Shown here: piece after piece, positions 48,786-58,571 of the stretch
Layout: every line of letters begins with the position of its first letter
Position numbering within the stretch: position 1 is the first letter of the stretch
Virus record (IMG/VR): IMGVR_UViG_3300021387_001147
Span: 23,961-87,960 of that record
Source of the DNA: a virus
Lineage: Duplodnaviria; Caudoviricetes
Length of the DNA: 64,000 nt
Strand: one strand, 5' to 3'
Program-made: the position numbers and the translations under genes
Notes under the pieces: generated by a model
Seen by the model: the letters and a program-made list of their open reading frames with translations, nothing else
What the model was told of the DNA's origin: nothing
Database searches by the model: none

Positions 48786-49385
48786 ATGACATGTTATGAG
48801 TTTCTAGCGACTTTCACAAAAGAAGAGGATGGCAAGTATTCAGTAGATTTTCCAGACATTGAAGGCTGTCATACATGCGGGGATAATCTGAATGATGCTT
48901 TTTTTATGGCACATGATGCTTTAAAAACGGTGCTTAGATTCAGAAAAAGCAATAATCAGCCTATGCCTGTAGCACATGCAAATAGAGAAAATCTGGCACT
49001 TAAGAAGAATCAGGACGCCTATACGATTGCAGTTGATCTTGACGATGATTATATTTCAGATGAGAAAGAGAAAAAGGAAGATCCTGTAAACCATCCGTCT
49101 CACTATGAAAAGCAGTGCTCTCTTGAGTGCATTGACGTTATGGAGGCTGTTTTTGAGTACGATGCAGTGTTCGATTTCTGTGTCTGTAATGCATTCAAGT
49201 ATTTGTGGAGACACAAATTCAAGAATGGTGAGGAAGATATTAAGAAAGCTGAATGGTACATCAATAAAGCCGAGACAATCATGTACGATGTAGGCGATGA
49301 AGAGCACCTGATGAACAAACTCATCAAGGCACGGGATCTTTATAAGAAGGTAGAGAAGAAAGAGGCAAGCATTGACTCAGAGTAA
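48786..49385 (+). CDS. HicB-like antitoxin domain fused to DUF3310-like domain
   Basis: YSVDFPDIEGCHTCGD...A.DAL; DPVNHPSHY...ECID...KYLWR..KNG.EDI.KA.WY. Confidence 0.8.
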   Translation: MTCYEFLATFTKEEDGKYSVDFPDIEGCHTCGDNLNDAFFMAHDALKTVLRFRKSNNQPMPVAHANRENLALKKNQDAYTIAVDLDDDYISDEKEKKEDPVNHPSHYEKQCSLECIDVMEAVFEYDAVFDFCVCNAFKYLWRHKFKNGEEDIKKAEWYINKAETIMYDVGDEEHLMNKLIKARDLYKKVEKKEASIDSE

Positions 49386-50131
49386 AGGTTACAAGTCCAT
49401 TTTGGGCTAAAAACTCGCAGAAAAAACATGGCGTATAATAGGAGCATGATTTTAGCTATTTTTAGCTACATCTGCTCCTATTTTTGCCTCGAAAAAGAGC
49501 ATAGATTATATTTTTGCAAGGAGTATCATCATGGAAAAATTCAAAGAAATTTGGGCTACAATCGGCAAGGAAGACAAAGAAAAACTGTACAATCTCATCG
49601 GAAAAACATTCACAAATGGGAAAAGACAGGCTATTCCGAAGGATATTTATGATGGACTTTCAAAGGAACAGAGGATTGCGGCTCGTTATATTTTAGATCT
49701 AGCTCAGGAGTGTTTTGGCAATACTTCAGATAAGTGGCTGTAAATGAATATAGATTTTAAAGGCGTCTCAAATAGGGATTACATGATGGTAGTAGCAGTT
49801 ATATTTGAGCTGCCAAATGGTGAATATGTGTCTGTTGGATGTGACGGCTATTCATTCTTTTCAGATTTCACGGTAGATGAAGAGAATGCTGAAGAAGGAT
49901 GGCTTGTTGAGTATGAAATGACATGGAAGGCATGCTTCATATGGGATACGTCGGATCCTGATAACTTCATAGTGGACAGATATTTCGTATCAGGAGATGA
50001 GAAGATACTTAATAATAGCGCAGTCGTTGGATTCATGACAGACCACGATGCAATAGACGATTATGAAATGGCGTTTGATGAGTTTGAGGCGTACTAAGAG
50101 AGGTAAAGATTAAGAAAGGAGATTATATTTC

Positions 50132-51226
50132 ATGAGTAAAGGAAAAGTGGCGAAATTGTTCACTAAAATCAAGCTGCCTGAAAAGGTAAAAGTGGGGGTT
50201 GGCATGGCAAGTCTCAAGGTAAAGAAGCATTCACCAGAAATTCTTCTTGGCCTTGGATTCGTGTCAATGGGAGCTGCAATTATATCTGCAGTGAGGTCAG
50301 CAAGAGAGCACGATCAGCTCATTGCAGACCATGAGGAAAGACTTGAGGCAGCCAAATGTGAGTATGTTATCCCGGATGAATATGACATCATCGCAGAGGC
50401 TGAATCAGGGGAATACAAGATGAGTGCTGGCGGTGGCACAATCGTTCGGAAGACAGAGAAAGAAGTGAACAGTGCCATCAGGAAATGTTACTTCGAGACA
50501 GCTGTAGGGTTCGCTAGATTATATGCCCGTACAACGCTGTATACGGCGATTTCAGCGCTTTGTTTCGTTAGTGCATATAATATACAGGCTAGGAGGGTAT
50601 TGGCCCTAGAAACGGCATATACGAGCTTACAGGAGTATATTAGGAAGTACGAACAGCGGAATATTGAACTCAACGGGAAAAAGAGCCATGAAATGTGTAA
50701 ATATGGCTATAAAGAGATCGAAGTAGAGGAAGAAGACCCGGATACTGGAGAGACTGTAAAAGAGAAAAAGTTAGTACCTGCTTATGAAGGTGCGAGTAGT
50801 GAAGAGATGGCTAAAATGCCGTTCCACGATCAGTTCTTTATATTCTGTAAGCAGTCAGCGCCAGGAAAGTATACAGGGTTTGCAAATCGTGATAAGACAG
50901 AACTTGCGATTTCAGAAGACTATCTGAATGATCTTATTAATGCAAGAGGCTGGGCAGTTGTAAATGACTGGCTCGATTCAATTGGAATGGAAAGAACGGC
51001 TCAGGGTATGATTGAAGGCTGGGTCAAAGGTTATGGTCCCAGAGCTACGATCGGCTGGGATGATCCGATTAATCGCGAGGCACTTGATGGTCATAATCAC
51101 AGGGATTGGTACCTGGATTGCAATGTTCACGGCAATGTTTTCTCTATCCTTTCGGAGATGGAAAAGAAGAAAGAGGAACTCGAAGAGAAGTTAAAAGCTG
51201 AGCGTCTTGCTGAGGAGAAGGTGTAA
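50132..51226 (+). CDS. DUF6353-like family protein (paralog 3)
   Basis: KKHSPEILLGLG...GW.VNDWL...GMIEGW...LDCNVHG. Confidence 0.7.
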   Translation: MSKGKVAKLFTKIKLPEKVKVGVGMASLKVKKHSPEILLGLGFVSMGAAIISAVRSAREHDQLIADHEERLEAAKCEYVIPDEYDIIAEAESGEYKMSAGGGTIVRKTEKEVNSAIRKCYFETAVGFARLYARTTLYTAISALCFVSAYNIQARRVLALETAYTSLQEYIRKYEQRNIELNGKKSHEMCKYGYKEIEVEEEDPDTGETVKEKKLVPAYEGASSEEMAKMPFHDQFFIFCKQSAPGKYTGFANRDKTELAISEDYLNDLINARGWAVVNDWLDSIGMERTAQGMIEGWVKGYGPRATIGWDDPINREALDGHNHRDWYLDCNVHGNVFSILSEMEKKKEELEEKLKAERLAEEKV

Positions 51227-51228
51227 TT

Positions 51229-52053
51229 ATGACAAATGGGAGACTTCGAGGGGCAATTATATTTGTGATCGGAGCAGCTGTAGGAGGTTCTGCAGCTGCT
51301 TTTTTTACTCATAAATGGGCGAAAAAGAAGTATATGGCTATCGCTAAATCTGAGGTTGATAGCTTAAAAGAGTATATTGAAAAGCTTCAAGCAGAAAGAA
51401 TATGCGAAATGAGTGGATACTCTGGTAAGGATAGCGGTGATGGGTCTGATGCTGTTGAAGATGGAGATGCAGCTGGACCAGATGGCTATCGTAAAGAGAA
51501 AGGAGAGAGTCAGGCAAGAAATTCTGGGTATAAGGGCAGGGAGGATCCTAATTATATTCCCTATTCACAGTATTCAAAGCATGGAAATGGCGATTCATGG
51601 AGGTCTGAGGAGGGAAAAAAGAGCAAAGTAGATGAAATTTATGATCAATTAGCTGCTGAATTAGAGCATCCAAGTGAAGGCGATGAAGGCGATTGGGATG
51701 CAGAGGACGCATATTATCGTTCAGTCGAAAGAAGAAAAGTAGATTCGGCAGAAGAATTGTCAGAGAGAGCAAATTCAGATGATAGTGGACCAGTAATTAT
51801 ATCCTTCCAGGAGTGTGGACTAAACCCTGAATATGACAAAGAAGACCTGTTTTTCTATAAGGAAGACGGTGTTATAACTAATGATAATGAAGAAATCTGT
51901 GCCGCTCCTGAAGATATGATTGGCACATGTATTCAGGATTCGGGGTTTGATAGAAATGATCAGGAGATTCTGTATGTTCGGAATGATCGGAGGCTTACTT
52001 ACTATGCTATCGAGAAGTATGACTATGCCTATTCAGAGAAAGATGGGTACTAA
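51229..52053 (+). CDS. Conserved phage protein, N-terminal TM
   Basis: FVIGAAVGG; LYVRNDRR..YYAI. Confidence 0.65.
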   Translation: MTNGRLRGAIIFVIGAAVGGSAAAFFTHKWAKKKYMAIAKSEVDSLKEYIEKLQAERICEMSGYSGKDSGDGSDAVEDGDAAGPDGYRKEKGESQARNSGYKGREDPNYIPYSQYSKHGNGDSWRSEEGKKSKVDEIYDQLAAELEHPSEGDEGDWDAEDAYYRSVERRKVDSAEELSERANSDDSGPVIISFQECGLNPEYDKEDLFFYKEDGVITNDNEEICAAPEDMIGTCIQDSGFDRNDQEILYVRNDRRLTYYAIEKYDYAYSEKDGY

Positions 52054-52929
52054 ATATGGCAGGAATGAGGATATTTAGGACTGCAGACGACATGATGTAT
52101 GACTTAGGATATCATAAAGTTGAGGATAGTGTTTCATGCAAAGATCTGTCCGGAGTTACCTATGAAAGGTTCATGGGAGAAGGCATCGGAACTAAGGTTA
52201 TAGCTCTTGAACGGCAAGATGATGGACATTATATTCTTGGCTGTTTCAACAAATCTGGGAGTATTCTTGGGACAGGCGGACACACTATGAGCTGGCTTAC
52301 TGATAAGGAGATGAAAGCTGCTTATAGGAAGATGAAGGAGCTTCGAAGTAAGGAGTAGGGGGAAGTGATATGGGCGAATCATGGGAAAATGAAGTTGTCC
52401 GTAAGAAAGATCTTGTAGATTGGATTCAGAAGGCGGCATCTGCATATAAACAGCTACAATATTTGTATAGGAACCGCATAGATTATGGAAAAGAAATGAC
52501 AATTCTTTGTGCTGTTGCAGATTATGTGCGTTGTATGAAGCCGTATGATAGTGATGGGGAAAAGGAGGAATGATATGGCAGAATCATTTGAGAATCAGAC
52601 AGTGAGTAAAAAAGATGTTCTGGTACTGCTTGAAAGTATATTTAACTTATATAGTAGGATAGAAAACTTCGATGATTGTGGGGCTCTTTTGGCTTTAAAA
52701 GAACGTATTGAAGCCTTGCCTTCAGATGATGACGAACCTAAGACAGCTAAGTGGGTTGAAAGTGATACTAGTCTCTATATGTCCCCTTTTAATGATGTCA
52801 CAGAGCCAATAGTTGAATGTAGTCATTGCGGTCAAGAAGTGAGGATAAGTAGAGCTAGTATTTACTGTCCTACATGTGGCTACCGAATGATAAAATAGTA
52901 ATTATATTTCACAGTTTGGGAGGAGGTGA

Positions 52930-53484
52930 TTGTTATTGGAGAAATTCCGCGGGTGGCATATTTTCGAATATTATCAATGGCTTCTTGAGAAGATTGACGG
53001 TTACAAGGAGCCTTATTATAACTATAGTTTGTTGCTTCATGAGCTTCATTCAATGCCTTTTATCTACTCACTTGAGATGGATGAAAACAGGGCTTCGGAT
53101 GGCATTAGACTTCGCTGGGCTTACATGGATGAAAACAATATTCCAGACCTTTATTACAAAGAAGGATTCTCTTGTTCAGTGCTCGAAATGATGATTGGAC
53201 TCGCGATTCGATGCGATGTTGAGATCATGGGAGACGGGGATTCGTATGGAACAAATGCAGGAAAATGGTTCTGGATAATGATCGATAATCTGGATTTAAT
53301 GAAGTGCGATGATGAGCATTTTTCGAGTGAATACGTGCATCAACAAATCAAGATTTGGCTGACTCGTACGTTCTCAAGGAATGGCGAAGGGAGTCCGTTT
53401 CCGCTTCACAAAAAGAGATGCAGAGACCAGAGAAATGTCGACATTTGGTTTCAGATGTGCGGGTATTTGAGTGAGAATTTTTAG
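52930..53484 (+). CDS. Conserved phage protein
   Basis: DENRASDG..LR, CSVLEMMIGLA, IWFQM..YL. Confidence 0.65.
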   Translation: MLLEKFRGWHIFEYYQWLLEKIDGYKEPYYNYSLLLHELHSMPFIYSLEMDENRASDGIRLRWAYMDENNIPDLYYKEGFSCSVLEMMIGLAIRCDVEIMGDGDSYGTNAGKWFWIMIDNLDLMKCDDEHFSSEYVHQQIKIWLTRTFSRNGEGSPFPLHKKRCRDQRNVDIWFQMCGYLSENF

Positions 53485-53517
53485 TGATTTTGGAGGAGAA
53501 ATGGGAGATTATATTTC

Positions 53518-53712
53518 ATGAAAATTGATGATGAAAATCGTGGTCGAGGAAGGCCGAAAAAGGACAGAATTACGTTAAAAAATGATGCACATTTTCGCAT
53601 TTCTGACGAGGATGATGAGCGCTTAAATTTGATAGCAAAAGAGCTAAAAACTACGCGTTCAAATGCCATCAGAATACTCATAAAAGAGGCCAAAAATATA
53701 CTAAATATTTAG
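53518..53712 (+). CDS. AT-hook + ribbon-helix-helix regulator
   Basis: RGRGRPKK; FRISDEDDERL..IAK...TRSNAIR. Confidence 0.7.
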   Translation: MKIDDENRGRGRPKKDRITLKNDAHFRISDEDDERLNLIAKELKTTRSNAIRILIKEAKNILNI

Positions 53713-54035
53713 AACAAAATGGGCATTACATTTTCATTACATTTTGCCAAAAAATGCCTTACATTTTTGCCATTTTCGATTTAGTGTATCCCAAAATAAA
53801 AAAATAAAATGGGATACACTAATTCAAAAGTGTAATGAAATGTAAGGAAATGTAATGCCCGAAACCCGCATAAATACTGGGTTTTTTCAAATCCTTACAA
53901 ATTACATAATTTTTTTATATTGCATCTATAGAAATTAAAAAATGAAAATATATAGAACAAACTGAAAAATTTTTGTAATTTTGTAATGCGAGTCCAAAAT
54001 GGGCTAAAAATTGATGAAAGGAGGTGCGAAAATGA
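53713..54035. other. Putative replication origin
   Basis: AT-rich non-coding gap, repeated CATTACA/TGTAATG in both orientations, 13-bp inverted repeat ttagtgtatccca/tgggatacactaa; next to replicase gene. Confidence 0.55.
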
Positions 54036-57000
54036 ATGCGACATTTTGTGCGAATTGATTGCGAAATTAGGGAGGCAAAACGCAACGGAAAAAAGAGGTT
54101 ATATTTGATCGTAAAACCGGCCTATAACATCACTGCAAAAGACATCATGAAGAAGGGTGGAAAGTTCTATGCAATCCTCGATAGAAATACCGGAATGTGG
54201 TCAACAGATGAAGGCGATGTAGCCACTATAATTGACAACGATATAAAAGAGTATGTGAAGACACAATGCCGTAAGGATGAATCCGGAAATTATATTTGGC
54301 ATGATAGAACCGATGACACTTATTTACCAGTGCATATGCTACTAATTGACGATAGTACTTCTGGCCAGCTTCTTGAGTTCAATAGGTGGTTCAACAACCT
54401 TCCTCCTAATCATAACTATGTGCAGCTTGATTCAGATATCACATTTAAAGATGACGCGGTTACTCCTGAAATGTACAGAAGCAAGCGACTGTCATATAGT
54501 ATAAGTCCTGGAGACATTGAAGCTTATGACAGACTTATGAGCGTATTATATTCTGAGCAGGATAGAGAAAAAATTGAATGGTCTATTGGATCAGTGTTCA
54601 CAGGGATGTCTAAGAAGATTGAGAAGATTCTTGTTCTTTACGGAAAACCTGGAAGCGGAAAGTCGACAGTACTTGATCTTATCAAAGAATTGTTCAAAGG
54701 ATACTGGGCTCCGTTTGTTGCAAGTGAGCTTGTCAGTAAAACGAATCAGTTTGCGACTGCAGTGTTTAAGGACAATCCTTTAATAGCAATTCAGGACGAT
54801 GGCAGTCTTGCCAAGATCGAGTCTCCAGTCATTAATGAAATTATATCCCATAAGGATGTAATGATTAATGAGAAGTCTAAGCAGCAGTATGCAATCCGTT
54901 CAAACGCATTCTTATTTCTCGCCACCAATGAGGTTGTAGACATACGCGATAGAAAACTTGGCATCACAAGAAGGCTTCTTGACGTTTATCCATCTGGCAA
55001 AAAAATACCGGAAGATGAATTTGACTCAATCGTTGAAAGACTGAGATTTGAACTTGGAGCAATAGCTGATCATTGCATAACGGTATTTAAAACTCTTGGC
55101 AAGAATTACTATAGTCGATACGAGCCAATGAAGATGATCGAAAAAACTAATCCTCTTCAGAATTTCTTGTTTGATAACTTAGACAGTCTCATGGGCAAGG
55201 AGTTCTACTTTCGGGACGATCTATATAAAGACTATAAAGACTATTTTGAAGAAAGCGGGTTCGGGTATCCTCCAAAGAGAATGGACTTTACTGAACAGAT
55301 TACTGAATATTTTGACACATACGAAAAATCCAAATGGATTCCTGGAAAAGGAACTGTTAGAAATGTATTTACTGGTCTTAAAGTTAATAAGATTTGCGGA
55401 CTTGGAGAAAGTGACACTGTAAAAAAGTCGTCGACTTGGCTTAACTTTGATCAGACGGAATCAATTCTTGATGAATTATATTCTGATCAGCCTGCGCAGT
55501 ATGCAAAAGATGACGGAACTCCAAAAAATAAATGGAGTAAAGTCAAGACGAAACTTAAAGACATGGATAAGTCCAAGCTTTATTGGGTGAAGTTTCCTGA
55601 GAATGTGATAAAGATGGATTTTGACTTGACTGACAAAGACGGGAATAAGTCGCTGGAGGAGAATGTTAAGGCAGCTTCTAAGTTTCCTCCAACTTACGGT
55701 GAGTTATCAAAGTCTGGTCAAGGCATTCACCTTTATTATATTTATGATGGAGACCCTAGCGAGCTTGAAGATATGTTTGCTGAACATATTGAAATCAAGA
55801 AATCATTTGGCGACAGATCGCATAGACGACTTATCACGAAATGTAATAATCTACAATTAGCTCATTTAAGCACGGGACTTCCGTTGAAAGGAGAGGGGGT
55901 CAAAGTGATAGACGAAAATGTAGTAGCAACAGAAAAGGGATTGCGGACAACTATTCTGAAATGCACTCACAAAGAAGTTCATGGTGATACGAGATCAAAT
56001 GTTGATTTCATTTACAAAGTTCTTGAAGATGCTTACAATAGCGGACTCAAGTATGACGTATCTGATATGAGACAGGAAGTACTTATATTCGCTATGAACT
56101 CAACTCACCAGTCTGAATACTGTGTCAACAAAGTCGGAGAAATGAAGTTCTCATCTGAAGAAGCTGGAAGATATGATGACGGCTATGATCCAGATGGACC
56201 AATTATATTCTTCGATTATGAAGTTTTTCCGAACCTTGTATTACTTTGCTATAAAGTACAAGGCGAAGGAAATCCAGTAACTAAAATATTTAATCCTACT
56301 CCGAAACAGATTCAAGATTTTCTTGGAATGGAGCAGAAGTACAAGAACAAAGTCATAGGATTCAATAACAAAGAATATGATAATCACATAACTTATGCTC
56401 TTCTTATGGGCAAGACGCCTTATGAGGTCTTTATTATATCTCAGGGAATCATTAATAAAGAGAAAGGTGCTAAGTTCAGAGAAGCTTACAATTTGTCGTA
56501 TTCAGATATCAGAGACTTTTGTCCAAATAAGCAGTCACTAAAGAAATGGGAGATTCAGCTTGGCATTCATCATCAGGAACTTGGATTCAGATGGGATGAG
56601 CCTGTCGATGAAAAAGATTGGCCGACAGTAGCATCGTATTGCGAAAATGATGTCATTGCAACTGAAGCAGTTTTTGAAGCTAATCAGGCAGCTTGGAAAG
56701 GAAGACAGATACTAGTAGATCTTGCGAATATCCTTATTGGTCCTGGATCAACAGTTAATGACAGTACGAATCAGCTTACAACAAAACTGATTGTCGGAAA
56801 TGAGAAGAATCCTCAGAGGTATTACAATTATCCAGATTTAGCAAAAGAGTTCCCAGGATATGAATTTAACAAATTTGGCATTGATAAGTCTCGTTATATT
56901 TCAAAAGATGTAATTATCAGTGGCAAATCTATTTACAAAGGTTATGATCCTGGAGAAGGTGGCTTTGTCTGGGCAAATCATGGAATGTACGGAAGAGCGA

Positions 57001-58040
57001 TAAGCTTTGATAGTGCTTCTCATCATCCTAGCTCAATAATTGCTGAGAATGGATTCGGCAAGTTCACAGAAAACTTTAAACGGCTTCTTGATCTGAGACT
57101 TCATGTGAAGCATAAAGAGTATGACGTTATCAGAAGCATGTACAATGGAGCGTTGGCAAAATATCTGCAAACAGATGAAGATGCCGATGCTCTTTCTTTT
57201 GCACTTAAGATAGCAATCAATAGTGTATACGGCCTTACAGCAGCTACATTTCCTCATCCTCTTCGTGATCCGAGGAATATCGACAATTGGGTTGCTAAGC
57301 GCGGAGCACTATTCATGATTGATTTGATGCTTAATGTAAGAGCTATGGGCTACACCGTGCTACATTGTAAGACGGATTCGATAAAGGTCCTTAATCCTGA
57401 CGAGAAAGTAGCCAATTATATTTACGAATATGGCAAGAAGTTTGGATACACCTTTGAGATTGAGCATATCTTTGATCGTATTTGTCTTGTTAATGATGCT
57501 GTTTACGTCTGTAAGTATACAGAAGATCCTGAAAATGGAAAGCATGCTGGCAAATGGGATGCTACTGGAAAACAGTTTCAGGTTCCGTATGTTTTCAAGA
57601 CTCTATTCTCGCATGAGCCAATAGAGTTTGAAGACATGTGCGAAACGAAGAACGTCGAGACGGCATTATATTTGGATTACAACGAAAATCTGCCTGATGG
57701 AGAGCATGATTATCAGTTCGTTGGAAAGACAGGTCAGTTTTGTCCTATAAAGCCTGGCTGTGGTGGAGCTCTTCTTATGCGAGAGAAAGATGGAAAGTAC
57801 GCCGCTGCAGAAAGTACGAAAGGATATAGATGGCTTGAGGCAGAAGTTGTAAAGAAGTTTGAAAAAGAGGACACTATTGACACTTCATACTATGAAGTCA
57901 TGGTAAATAAAGCATTGGACAAAATTGGCGAATTCGGAAGCTATGAAAAGTTTGTTTCTGATGAGCCTATTGATCCTCCATTACCAGATTTCATGAATAT
58001 CCCGGAAACAGATGAAGAAGAATTGCCATGGGCACTTTAA
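54036..58040 (+). CDS. SF3-like helicase + AEP primase + family B DNA polymerase fusion
   Basis: GKPGSGKST; DFD...SKSGQGIHLYY; FDYEVF, GFNNKEYD, YCENDV; FDSASHHPS, KIAINSVYG, KTDS. Confidence 0.85.
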   Translation: MRHFVRIDCEIREAKRNGKKRLYLIVKPAYNITAKDIMKKGGKFYAILDRNTGMWSTDEGDVATIIDNDIKEYVKTQCRKDESGNYIWHDRTDDTYLPVHMLLIDDSTSGQLLEFNRWFNNLPPNHNYVQLDSDITFKDDAVTPEMYRSKRLSYSISPGDIEAYDRLMSVLYSEQDREKIEWSIGSVFTGMSKKIEKILVLYGKPGSGKSTVLDLIKELFKGYWAPFVASELVSKTNQFATAVFKDNPLIAIQDDGSLAKIESPVINEIISHKDVMINEKSKQQYAIRSNAFLFLATNEVVDIRDRKLGITRRLLDVYPSGKKIPEDEFDSIVERLRFELGAIADHCITVFKTLGKNYYSRYEPMKMIEKTNPLQNFLFDNLDSLMGKEFYFRDDLYKDYKDYFEESGFGYPPKRMDFTEQITEYFDTYEKSKWIPGKGTVRNVFTGLKVNKICGLGESDTVKKSSTWLNFDQTESILDELYSDQPAQYAKDDGTPKNKWSKVKTKLKDMDKSKLYWVKFPENVIKMDFDLTDKDGNKSLEENVKAASKFPPTYGELSKSGQGIHLYYIYDGDPSELEDMFAEHIEIKKSFGDRSHRRLITKCNNLQLAHLSTGLPLKGEGVKVIDENVVATEKGLRTTILKCTHKEVHGDTRSNVDFIYKVLEDAYNSGLKYDVSDMRQEVLIFAMNSTHQSEYCVNKVGEMKFSSEEAGRYDDGYDPDGPIIFFDYEVFPNLVLLCYKVQGEGNPVTKIFNPTPKQIQDFLGMEQKYKNKVIGFNNKEYDNHITYALLMGKTPYEVFIISQGIINKEKGAKFREAYNLSYSDIRDFCPNKQSLKKWEIQLGIHHQELGFRWDEPVDEKDWPTVASYCENDVIATEAVFEANQAAWKGRQILVDLANILIGPGSTVNDSTNQLTTKLIVGNEKNPQRYYNYPDLAKEFPGYEFNKFGIDKSRYISKDVIISGKSIYKGYDPGEGGFVWANHGMYGRAISFDSASHHPSSIIAENGFGKFTENFKRLLDLRLHVKHKEYDVIRSMYNGALAKYLQTDEDADALSFALKIAINSVYGLTAATFPHPLRDPRNIDNWVAKRGALFMIDLMLNVRAMGYTVLHCKTDSIKVLNPDEKVANYIYEYGKKFGYTFEIEHIFDRICLVNDAVYVCKYTEDPENGKHAGKWDATGKQFQVPYVFKTLFSHEPIEFEDMCETKNVETALYLDYNENLPDGEHDYQFVGKTGQFCPIKPGCGGALLMREKDGKYAAAESTKGYRWLEAEVVKKFEKEDTIDTSYYEVMVNKALDKIGEFGSYEKFVSDEPIDPPLPDFMNIPETDEEELPWAL

Positions 58041-58064
58041 CAAAGAGAAAGGAGAATTATATTT

Positions 58065-58568
58065 ATGGCAAGAGTATTTGACCTTGATTTTGAAAACGTA
58101 CGAATTGTATCTAGAGATTTTGGCGGAGAGACATTTGGACCTGATCAGAGGCAGTTTAAAGTTGTTATTGAGGATCCTGAATTCATCCAGAAGCTTATTA
58201 ATGACGGAGTTAAGATATGGTGCCCTGAGAAGCAGAGCCCTGATGATCCGCCTGTTGGATACATGACTGTTAAAGTTAGCTATAGATTTGGAGCACCTAA
58301 GATTGCTCTTCTTACACCTGAAGGTAATGCTCACCTTTTTGATGAGAGATCTGTGCATGAGCTTGACAGAGCATGGATCAAGGATGTTGAACTTCATGTT
58401 CATGGTAGCACCTGGGAACGTCCGAATGGGCAGAAAGGCATCTCTGTCTACCTTGACACACTTGTTGGTCATCTGATCAGTAAAGAAGAGCGTGATCAGC
58501 TTATGCAGGAATCTCAGTATACAAATGATCCTGTGAGAAACAAGTATAAAGGAATTTTTGGAGAATAA
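58065..58568 (+). CDS. Putative single-stranded DNA-binding protein
   Basis: Beta-rich, RIVSRDFGG..RQFKV; replication context. Confidence 0.55.
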   Translation: MARVFDLDFENVRIVSRDFGGETFGPDQRQFKVVIEDPEFIQKLINDGVKIWCPEKQSPDDPPVGYMTVKVSYRFGAPKIALLTPEGNAHLFDERSVHELDRAWIKDVELHVHGSTWERPNGQKGISVYLDTLVGHLISKEERDQLMQESQYTNDPVRNKYKGIFGE

Positions 58569-58571
58569 ACT

